This document shows, piece by piece, positions 53,651-64,000 of a stretch of DNA of 64,000 nucleotides. Made by a program: the position numbers and the translations under genes. Position 1 is the stretch's first letter; each line of letters opens with the position of its first letter. Below the pieces are notes generated by a model, which worked only from the letters and a program-made list of their open reading frames with translations, had not been told where the DNA came from and did not search any database. This DNA comes from Camelus dromedarius. Lineage: Eukaryota. The stretch is taken from positions 61,134,001 to 61,198,000 of the forward strand of contig NC_087437.1 in the NCBI RefSeq assembly GCF_036321535.1, written 5' to 3'.

Positions 53651-56409
53651 AGGAGTGGTAAAAATGAACATCCTTGCCAAGGGATTCCTTCCACATGACA
53701 ATGACTTGACTAAAGGCTGTTTTAGGAAGACTGTAGTGGGCCACATCAATGAGGGAGAGGCTGGAGACATTGAGACAGCTGAAAGGACAGAGGAGCCTTC
53801 TTTGCTCACCATTTTCCATCCTTCCAGTCACCACTTAATCACTCTACCCTACCCATATTTGGTTCTCAGCCCACCTGTGACTCCTCTGCTCAGCCCTTAC
53901 TCATCAGCTCCGTGTGGTCTGCATGTCTTCTCTCTCCAGCCTCAGTCCATCATTTCAGCCTCTCCTGGGCAGTACTCTCCCTTCCCACATCCTGTGATTC
54001 TTCCATCCCAGGTCAGGCCATAGGCCTGCCCTCCTTCCACTGTTCAGATGGGGCTGTCTATACGAAACCAGGATCTTATAGCCTCTTATAGGCCTTATAG
54101 GAAACCTAAGTGTGGTCTGCACTCTGTGATTCACCAGGCAGGGCTCTTCCATTACCAGAACCCATTCCAGGCATTCTTCACACACCTCAGCTGCATTTCC
54201 TTCCTGCCTCCACCCCTTGACCACAACTTCTGCTGGGCCACTTGCTTAGACAGCAAGGGCTCTGGAGCCAGACCACATGAATTCAAATCACAGCTCCATG
54301 ACATACCAGCAGGGAGATCTTGGCTGTGTTACTTAGCCATCTGGTGCCTCAGTTTCCCCATCTGTAAAAGAGGACAGCATAGATGAGTATGTGTAAGATA
54401 CACAGAATGGTGGTTGGTATGAATAAGCAGCTTGCATGTTACCGTTATTACCATTCCTTCCCATCGTCATTACACATGTTCACGTCACTCGCATCTTAAC
54501 AACAAAGCAGACATCCCTTAACATCACAGCCCTCCACTCCACCTGCTGTGCTCTCCTCTCCAGCGTAGCCATATTTCCTGAAAGAGTTGGCTGTGCTCAT
54601 TAGTGTCATTCTTCACCCTCCTCAACCCACTCCAGCACTGCATCCATCCTCACTGTCACACGGGTGCTGCAGGTGGCCCAAGCAGCAGGCAGTCCTCAGA
54701 CTAACCTTTCCAGCCTGGACACAGCAGAACCTGAGACAGAATGTCCCTGCAGGGGTCCTTCCCCAGCTGCTCAGGGCTCAGCGCTCTCTGCTGTCTAGGC
54801 TGCTAGTCCCCTGCCTGCACCTTGGAGTCTTGGCCTGGGCTGCCTGCCCTTCTCACCAAAGCCCTCTCTGCGCTGCTCTCACCACCCTGAAAGTTAAGGC
54901 TGGCTTTGTTGTCTGTGGTGTGTCCTCAGTCCCCAGCGCAATGCCTGGAACAGTGTTGAGGTCCCTAAATATTTATGAACAAATGAGTGAACCTATAAAG
55001 GAATGTATAATGCTTTGGGAGAGAAAGAAAGAGAAGAAGAGAGAGAAGCCTGATGCTCCAATCCTTGGGGTAGAAGGTGAGAGAGCAGAGGCATCAGGGA
55101 ATTGAGCAGGAGACATGGCCCTCACTTCGGTTTTGGTCCTGTGGGGTGTGAGTGCGTTTGAGACACAGAATTGGAGCCAGAGACCAGGTCTGGAGCCCAT
55201 GAGAGAGGACAGTCTGGGAACTTCCGAGCTGTTGGATTCCATTCACGTCTGAGGGTCCCATGTGGGGAGAGGGAGGAGTTCTACTTTATTGGTCAGTTCT
55301 TAGGATTTCATTAAACAATTACCACTCCTTAAGCACTGAGCAATCAACATTTTTCTATACATCATGTACATCTAGCAAATAAAAATTTATTTCTCTAGAT
55401 TTTAAATTCTGACTGTCAGTTTGATCAAACTCTTATAACCATTTAATTAGAATAGAATAGAATACTGGTTTTTCTTAAATGCTTTACACACCATAAAGTA
55501 GGCAGAACTCAAAATATCATGATAGTATTGCTTTTTGGCAACAACGGGATGTTCTGGGGTCTTGACTTCTCCTCCCCTAGGTGTCAGCTGCCCTGCATGG
55601 AGTCCTGGTTCCCTCTGGTGCAGAATAGTGTTGAAGATAAAAATCTTCATAACAGGGGCACGCGACACAGGGGAGCTGGTGGGGCCGAGGTGCTCCTGGG
55701 CCACTTTGTGTCATGACTAACATTCTGTAGCTAAGGCTCTTGAAGTCCCAGTGTCTCGCTGTGCTGGGGAGGAGGAGGGGGCGAGACTGATAGGTGGCAG
55801 GAGGAGAGGAAGAGAACATGGTCAAGAGTGACCAGAGGAGGACTTGACCTTTGCCTTGATCTTTACATTCATTGGTCAAGCACTGGGTGCTCAAGACCTT
55901 CAGCCCAGACTTTCAGGCCCATGTGCTTTTGGTTAGGGCAATATGGTTGCACCCCATACAGCTGCCCTTCACTGACAGTGAAATTCAGGGAAGGCACAAT
56001 TTTAGCAAAAAATGAAACATGAGAAAGTAGAGAAGTTGAGGGAGCAGGGGTGGAACTGTCTTTGGAGCAGTTTAGCAGCAAAAGGAAGATCTGAAAGTGT
56101 ACCCGGAAGGAAGTACCTGGAGGATGTGTGTGGTCAAAGGAGACAGAGAAGGGGAGGATACTGAGAACGGGAGGCTACAAGGTGATGGGGGAGGACCCCT
56201 GAAAAGGCAGGGGAGGTGGGAGCAATGCCAGAGCAATGCCAGAAGTGTGTTGGGGGAGGCCTTGCCTGACTCTCCTGGCTTCTCTGTCCTTGGAGTCTTG
56301 CTGCAGCCCTGGACTGAGCTGGCCTGTGCAGGGAGGGCAGGTGAGGGGGCTGGTCCGCCCATTCCTGCTAGATCTGAGCTCCTCTTCCTGTCCTCACCCC
56401 CCACTCCAG

Positions 56410-56495
56410 TGCCAACACCTGCAGGGATACAACCCCTTCGACCATGGCTGTGCCAGCAACTGGTATTTAACAATCTGTGCACCGCTAGGACCCAA
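56410..56495 (+). CDS. ZDHHC19: ZDHHC19 exon 6 (PaCCT-like NPFDxG...N motif)
   Basis: CQHLQGYNPFDHGCASNWYLTICAPLGP(K); AG/GTGAGT; 86 nt. Confidence 0.95.
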
Positions 56496-56795
56496 GTGAG
56501 TTGGCAAACCAGAGGCCTGAGTGGTGGCCCGGGGGGCTGGGGGGGTGGTGTGCGGCTGGGTCATCTCCCCTGACCCCTTAGCACAGCTCCCAGCTCCTTA
56601 CACTCATGGTTCTTCTTTTGGGATTTTCTCCAAGGCATTGTGGGAGCCTCTCGAGCCTCCTCTTCCTTGCCTCTGTGGGTTCTTTCACCAAGAAATGGGG
56701 TAGAGGGGCACTGCAGCCTGGTTGAGACTGGTCCCCTGCTCCCTGCAGGGCCAGGAGGGCCAGGGACCCCTTGCATCTGGCTTGTCACTCCCTAG

Positions 56796-57000
56796 GTACA
56801 TGGCCAAAGCTGTCTGGCTGCAGAGAGTGGAGATGCCTGACTGGGTGCCCGTGCACAATCCGCACATCTCCGTGTGCCCTCCTGTGCTCAGTCCTCCAAC
56901 CCTCCCTGGGCCTGGGTCTGGCTCCCAGCCCCAACCTCTGGGTCTTTACAAACCAGGGAAGGGTCCCCCAGGGAGTGGTGAGGCTGCAGCCCTCCAGGAG
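56796..57000 (+). CDS. ZDHHC19: ZDHHC19 exon 7
   Basis: YMAKAVWLQRVEMPDWVPVHNPHISVCPPVLSPPTLPGPG...GSGEAAALQE; AG/GTGAGG; 205 nt, no stop. Confidence 0.88.
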
Positions 57001-57561
57001 GTGAGGAGTGTGTGCCTGTGTGTGCTGGGAGGGGGCGTCTGCCCATAGTACGGGTGTCGGGGACCCCCCTCCCTCCCATGTTGGGCTGCCCTGAAGCTGG
57101 AGCACTCAGAGCTCAGGGGATGGAGATTTTAGGCTGGAGGAGTGTTGGAGGTAGAGTCACAGGTCTCCAGAAAACACCAGGGGTCCCTGGAGACACAAAG
57201 GGAAAAGGCCACACCATTCACTTGCCGGATGGCCTTGGGCCAGTCATTTATTCCTTCTGGGCCTCAGTTTCTTCAGCTATTAATGAGGACTGAGACTAGT
57301 TCAGTGGTTTATAATTGGGTTGGGGGGCAGATTCCCCTATTTAAAGGCACCTTTTGCGCTGAAGCCCAGTCTGTGAACCATATGGAAGTGGAGCATTAGG
57401 ATGTCCCACACACCAGGCACCTGCAGGGACATTCTGGGTGCCAACCCACTCCCTTTGCTCTGCCTGTAGGGGGCGGTGGCTTGGACGGTTTCTTGCTCCC
57501 CGGTTGGGTGGGCTGGGGGGCGGGTTTCGGGGAAAGCACCCATCCCCCACTCTATGTTTAG

Positions 57562-57681
57562 CTCCAGGCTGGCCCGGTGCTGCCCCCGCTGCGGGAGGCC
57601 CCCAGGCGAAGCTCCGTCTGCCTCTCGCCCTTTCGCACTGGCCGATGCCAGGAGCCCCTGCACCCGAACCCCACCTCTTGA
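57562..57681 (+). CDS. ZDHHC19: ZDHHC19 exon 8 (last), coding part
   Basis: tttag|, LQAGPVLPPLREAPRRSSVCLSPFRTGRCQEPLHPNPTS, TGA 57679-57681. An alternative in-frame acceptor lies 6 nt downstream. ATTAAA follows at 57755. Confidence 0.65.
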   Translation, partial: LQAGPVLPPLREAPRRSSVCLSPFRTGRCQEPLHPNPTS

Positions 57682-57754
57682 GCCCCTCGTGGAGACCTCT
57701 GTGCCCTGCCCTTACCCACCCCCCTGGCGGGAGTGCTGGGAGGCCCCAAAGCCC

Positions 57755-57760
57755 ATTAAA
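57755..57760 (+). terminator. ZDHHC19 polyadenylation signal
   Basis: ATTAAA about 75 nt after the predicted stop. Confidence 0.65.
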
Positions 57761-60700
57761 TACCCTTTGCCTGCCTCCTCCGACTGCCTTGCTGCGCTGT
57801 CTGTCCTGAGTGCGAGGGATTATGGGGATGTGGCGGGCTCTGAGGGGCTGGGAGGGAGGAGCCAAGATCCAATACTGACTGACTCCGACCTTGGGCAAGA
57901 CACTCAACATTGCTCTCATCGTTAAAATGGGGCAACCATAACAACCACGGCGAGGGCTGGGGATGTTATAAGAGAAAACCCAGCCGTGAGGGTGTCAGCC
58001 GCGGGAAAGTCCCGGCCGACGCCCTGCTGCACCCCCGTCTGGCTGCAGGGGGCGCCCGCCTCCTGGGAATTCGCCAAGCCTGGCCTGGTCCAGCCCTGCC
58101 ACACTGGCGCCTCCGGGGTGGGTTGGGGCTGGCTCTCAGGCTGGGAGCAGGCCCTCCTCCTGCCTCATCCCAGGAGGTGGAGGTGTGGGATTGTTCTCCA
58201 TCATAGTCCAATCCTGCATCTTTCCTGCAAGCCGGTCTCATCCTGGCCACTCCCTCTTTTTGGGGAGTCAGGTGCTTGTTCCGGTCCTGTGTCTAGGGTG
58301 GGTTCCAGGCCCTGTGAGTCTGTAGGGGAAGGAGGGGCGGGGATAGGGTGAGTGCGAGGGAACCAAGTCGAACTGTGGTTCCTCAAGTGGCCAGAGTGAC
58401 CTTGGGAATAGAACTAATGGCACCTTCCAGGAAAGTTGTTAGAAGATGAAATGAGGTGGTTCATGTAAAACACCAGGTATGCAGTAGGCACACAATGAAT
58501 GCAGCCACTATGATGATGATTATTTTGTCCACCACGCAGCTACCACACCACATCAGAATTACCTGAGCCCCAGACCACTGACTCAGCATCTCTGGTGGGG
58601 AGAGGGGCGGAGTCAGAATCTGAAGTGCCCCATCCCTGAATCTCAAGGGCCCCATGGGGTCCTGCCACCCTGAGCTTTCAGACCTGCTGCCTTAGGAGGT
58701 GAGGATGGGCTCCGACCACTCTGTTTCCTACCACCCCTGTATTCAGGCAAAATGAGGTGTGTTGAGGGAGAGAGGGAAGGACGTCACCGAAGGGTCAGAT
58801 GAACACCCCAGGGGCCTGTGAAGGTGTGTGCCTGTGTGTGCACGTGTGTGCTTGTGTCCTGGGGACAGGAGCTCATCCTCCACATGTGTCAGCCCAGCTG
58901 GGGAGGTGGGTGACCGATGATGCAGGGCATGGCTCAGGTTCTCTCCACATTGAGTCCCCTTTGAGGCTCTTTCCTTCTTCCTCCCATCCTGTCTGTGGCA
59001 GCCTCAGGCCCTTCCATGTCCAGGCCCAGCCTCCCCCACGGCACTGGCTCTGGCTCTGGGTCTTGGCCAGCCTTGTTCAACCTAAGGACTCCAGCTCTTT
59101 CTCGCCCCCTTTGCCCTGGTCCCAGTGTCTCTCAAGTCCCAACCTCCCTTGGGGCTCAAGCCTTTTCTCAGCACTCAGGGTTAACCTTGGATTCCTGGGA
59201 GGGGTGTGGGGTATTCACTGGCAAAGAAAAAGGCAGCCCAGTTTTGGCCTTATGGTATGTGGCTTCCATGGACACATTTAAAATCCTTAAGGCTCGTATT
59301 TTCAAGCAAAGCTGAAGCAGCGTTGCCTGTCTGGGTAGCCCACAGTCCGTGTTCGCATGGTGAGGGGATGAGGGCATGAGACCTTTTGGGCCCTGGACCC
59401 AGGTATGTATGTGGTGCACAAATCTGTGTGAGTCTTGTGTCTGTGTGTGTTCAGAGAGCCCAGCTCAGCCCAGGCTGCCCTGCAGTGAGGAGAGGCTCTG
59501 AGGTCAGCTCCCAAATGGGAGTCCTCAGGATGGTCTGGGCCTCGGCCAGAGAGGACAAGAATTCAGGAACCCGGGCCAAGGCCTGGATGGAGGATATTCA
59601 TGGAACTGACTGGGTGCCTGAATGGAGCCTGCCTAGAGCCCCAGCTCCATGGGGGCCGAGAAGGCCAGGCCTAGCCCTGCCTTGTCCTGCTGCCCGTCTC
59701 TCTGCTACTCTGCCTGGTTCATCAGGACTGCACCCACCAGGTCCCTGCCTCCAGCTGTAGGGGGACTCACCCAGTCTCAGGTAGGGACTTCCAAGTCCTA
59801 AGCCACGTGTGAGTCATCTCCCTCAACAGCCTGGGCCTCAGTTTCCTCACTGGGCAAGGACATAACTTTCTCAAAGGCAGCCATGTTCCCTCCTGCCCTG
59901 GGATGTAGATTCTGGGTCTCTCTCTCTGGGTCTCTGAGATTTCTAGGATTCCCTTAGGAAAGCACCTTGGATTAAGCATTTCATCTCCCAAGCGGTAAGT
60001 GGGACCTAGCTCACCCCTTCCTTTGACTCCCTCTCCCCTAAGCCTTGGACATCCCTCGGAGATTCTTTCCTGTCCTGTAGGCCTTGGTTGATCTGCACCC
60101 ACCTTTGCTTTCAGCCACCTCCACATTTCTGCTGAACCTGCTCTTGACTCCCAGACACACCTCTCAATCCTTGGCTCACTGATATGGGGAGGGGTGTTAT
60201 CAGGGCCTGAAAACGGGGCCAGCTCTCCACACACCCTGGAAGCCTGCATTCCCTTAGGCAGGAGCCAAGGAGTGATCCCCAAGCAGGGCTAGCATGTGCC
60301 CACAGGTCTGGAGCCACTCTGAGAGATACCCTGCCCATTCCTGGAGCCTGATGGAAGGAGGGGGAGCCCAGAAGCAGCCACCCCTTGTCATCTCCAGCCG
60401 TTTCCTCCATGGGCCTTCCGAAGTTCAGGGCACGGGGCTGGGAAGAGCAGCGGGCTGAAGTCAGGAGGCCTGGGTGTCACTCAGCTAGTGTGCCATGGGA
60501 GCAGGTTTCTGTCCTCTGCTCGGCCTCAGGTCCCTCGTCCGTAACAGGATGACCACTATGGCCAGCTCACAGGTGGTCACAGGGTCCTAAGTCTTTGGAG
60601 CTAGAAGGGACTTAGGAGTCATCTCATCTAGCTGCCTCTCCACCCTCGATTTCACAGATTTTTACCAGAGAGGAACGGGATTGCCTAGGATGGCACGTTG

Positions 60701-63700
60701 TCCAAGCCCAGGTTGCCTCTCCTATTCCTGCTCTGGTGACCATTTCAGAGGAGGAAAGACTTGGGGAGCCACCACTGCCCCCCACTAGCCCCCACAGAGC
60801 CAGGCAGGGTGTATCAGCACAGGACCTGAGGCCCTGATAAGAAGGCAGGCTTAACTCCAGCTCTGCTGGGAGTGATAATGACGCCCGCTCCCTTGTGCTC
60901 AGCTCCGCCCTACCCTGCCTTGCCCACCCCACCCAAGGGGACCCTGCCAGTGGCTGAGGGTGGGGTGGGGCCTGGACAGAGAGGGCAGAGGAGGCGGCTG
61001 GAGCTGGGATCGGGGGCCAGAAGCCTAACACCTCCCAAGTCAGGGGCCCCTCGCTGGCTGACCCTCCTGGGCACCCAGTCCCTGGCACCCAGGTGATGCT
61101 CCAGCGACACCCATGTCCTCCTTCAGTCCTGCACGCAGAGCGTGGTGGAGGGAGGTGGCTGGGCTGAAGGTTTGCCAGGCTCGTGCTGGGTCACAAAACT
61201 TTCCTGAGTGCCCCTGGGGCCAGGGCCTGGGCTAGGTCGTTCACAGGATCTCCCTTAGTTCTTGTGACAACCCCCCTGAGGCGGTTATTCTGGTCCTAGA
61301 GATGAGGAAGCCAGAACTGAGCAAACAAGCCACTTCCCCAAGGTCACATTGCTTCTAAGTGGCAGAGCCAAAGCTCCTTTAGCCTTTGTCTTTATGATGT
61401 GCCTCATAGGCGGTTCTGTTTTATTTCAGCTGAGAGTAGTGGTTAAGGCCTGGGCTCAGAAGCCAGATGGCCAAGGTTTCCCACTGTAACATGGGATGAA
61501 TCGTGGCCTCTGTTGTGCTTGTATGAGGATTCTTTATTCAGTGCACGTGGAGAGCTTGACCCGCGTTCTGGCATGTGACAGGTGCTAAATCGTGGTAGTG
61601 ATTGTCCCCACAATAGGATCCAGGTGATGCCCGAGTCAGGACTTTGTGACCTGCCGGGGCCTTGGAGATGCTGGTCACTGTGGCAACAGCAGCCCGCTCT
61701 TGCCGTTTGGAGCATGTTTCCTAGAGGCCAGGCAGCAAAGGGGAAGTGTGCTGCTTCGGAGGGGATGTTTGTGGTGCTGTTTTAACGAAAATCAAGCACT
61801 ATTTGTGTCCCCAGGCCAAAAGGGAGTGAAGGTGTGGGCTGAGTGTTCAAGGGAGCAGCAAGAGAAACCACCTAAATGGCTCTGCCCTCCCACACAGGCG
61901 AGGGAGTTTCCTGTTAAGAAAGCACCTTGTTGCTTCTGTTCTGAGGCCAGGCAGTGTCCCAGGCTGAAGAAAGTCAAAGCTGTGGTCATTTGAGCCTGTG
62001 TCCTGGCCTCGCTCACAGCCACCGCCCACCGCTCCTGCCCTCTCTGCCCTCTCCATGTCCCAGTCTGTCTCTCTGAGTCTGTCTTTGCCTCGCCTCTTCC
62101 CATCTTTCCACTCTGTCTCCTCTCTCCCTGCTCTTCCTTCTTTCACTGACTTCCACACTCTTTCACTCTCTCTCTCCGCCCCTCCACCAACTTTCCTGGA
62201 CTATAGCTTCCAGGAACACAAAGTAAACTGTCTGACAACTTTCAAGTAATAACTTGCAACTGTGATTCTTGGAAGCTCTCGGACTGGGTATGGAAGCCTC
62301 CAGAACTCTGGGCCCGGCCAGAGGCAAGGCCTGCACAGGGCGCCTTTGTCTGTCTCTGAGCCGGGCTTCTTCCTCCGAGCCAGGCACACGCTTTCCCAGC
62401 TGCCCCTGGTGGGACTGGTGCTGCTGAAGTTGGAAGTCCCCACACGGGAAGAAATCTTCCCACACTGAACATCTAGCTTATTTTTCAGTGGGAAGAAAAC
62501 AGGGAGTGGGCAGCAGGGCTTGCCCCGGGGTCAGGCAGCTAAGTAGAGGCCAGGCGAGGCTGGGTCCCCGTCTCCTGCATCTCAGCCCTTTCCACCTCCA
62601 CTGTGAGAAACCGGCTGGGTCAGAGGCCTGGCCTGCAAACAGGGAGGGCACTCTTTCTTCTCCTGCAGACCTGGTAACGTGGCTCCCATGGGCAAACTCA
62701 CAAAAGTGATGACAGTAATAACAGTATCGGTTTGAAGGCTAGCTGTGGGCTGAGTGCTTGGCTTGTATTATCTCATTTAATCCTCAATGTAAATTGTGGG
62801 GAGGGTGCTGCTATTACTTCTGTGGGCATGACCTTGGACAGTCCTCGGGCCTCCGTCTCCCTGTCGGCAAGGGCAGGGTCTTCTAGGGATCCTTGGGGCT
62901 ACTCCTACCCTGCCCTCCTGGGAGTCCACGACCTAGCGGACAGAGAGGAAGGTCCTGGTCTGGGGACAAGCCCTGAGGTGTGCCAGGCCCTTGGCAGGGC
63001 TTATTCAGTGACTCATTAAGGACCTTTCCCTGAACCTCATCTGTCCCCTGGTAGTGGGGGAAGGGGACCTTATGTCACCAAGGAAGAGTACTGACCCCTG
63101 GGCAGGACCCTTGGCCATCTGACTGAGAAAGTCCCCTGCCCAGTAGTTCCTCAATATCTGTTTCTTCGCCCTTGACAAACAGCATGGAAAGACCCTCTCC
63201 TGCCTACCCTTTTCCTACCCAGGGCAGTGGATGCCAAGACTGGGCATCAGGAGACCTGGGCTGGAAAGCAGGCCCTGTGCTTCCTGGTGGTGTGGCCCCA
63301 GAAAAGCCTGTAGCCTCTCGGAGCCGCTGTTACTGCATCTGCAGAGTGAGACCAGAGCCCAGGCCCTCCTAGCACGTGGGCTGACAGGGCACGGCCGGAG
63401 GTGCTCTGGACTTTCACTTCTTCACACGGGCCCAGCCCCGTGGGCGTGGGGTTGCTGTAAAGGGAGCAGTGAGATGGCTGGACTCTGGCGTGGGGAGCTT
63501 GGCAGGAGTAACTCCCTGTCCCTCTGTCTCCATTTCCCCTGCCCTTTTGCAGGCTCTGAATTTGGACCCTATGGAAGTAGCCAAGGCCAAGAATGGGCTG
63601 CCTCCTTTTGAATCCCAGACAGACCCAGCCTGGGTCACCTCCTTGGGTGACTTCTCAGCTCCCTCTCTTCGCCACCAAGTATCTGTCCCTGGGGGAAGAG

Positions 63701-64000
63701 CTGACCAGACTCGGGTTTGGGGCAGGGATGTGGCCCTCTCGGCTCCCAGCTGGTACCCTCGTCTGCCAGCCCCACTGTACCCCTGGTGTGGAAGCCTCTG
63801 GAAGGCCCCAGGGTCTGGTTGTGCTGGTTCTACTCTGAACTGTCAGCAGGGCCTTGGGCTGCGCCCACCTTGGCCCAGAGGTTCTATCTGCCTTGGATAC
63901 AATCCAGACCAAAGAGTAAAGGAGGTTTGTTCCTGAAGCCGAGACCAGACATAGGCACACAGAGGGCTCTTTGCTTTGGAGCTGAAGCTTTTAAAGATTT

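Noticed and set aside
57800..64000. Many overlapping 60-190 aa ORFs on both strands downstream of ZDHHC19
   Set aside because: Expected in GC-rich DNA. No recognisable protein family and no consistent exon chain; several overlap MIR remnants.

Overview
Mammalian genomic DNA, probably a camelid (inferred from the young tRNA-derived SINEs and L1 3' ends). It carries the conserved PCYT1A - SLC51A - ZDHHC19 block. I rebuilt three intact spliced genes by hand, with consistent exon phases. PCYT1A (+) has 8 coding exons at 2069-20486 encoding 368 aa; its non-coding first exon lies outside the window. SLC51A/OSTalpha (-) has 9 exons at 25088-40949 encoding 340 aa. ZDHHC19 (+) has 8 exons at 48255-57681 encoding about 365 aa. 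The rest is intronic or intergenic sequence with L1, L2, MIR, MaLR and hAT remnants; most ORF-track entries are noise. I see no wholly new multi-gene system. The best leads are: (1) a spliced 163-codon alternative-frame ORF over ZDHHC19 exons 1-4 that starts at an upstream ATG in strong Kozak context; (2) a degenerate U12-type intron in ZDHHC19; (3) three FXR IR-1-like sites plus a palindromic ARE/MARE upstream of SLC51A; (4) a TSD-flanked, 3'-truncated U4 snRNA retrocopy; (5) a probable L1 3' transduction; (6) a longer ZDHHC19 C-terminus than in human. Comparisons with human or consensus sequences are from memory and need checking by alignment.
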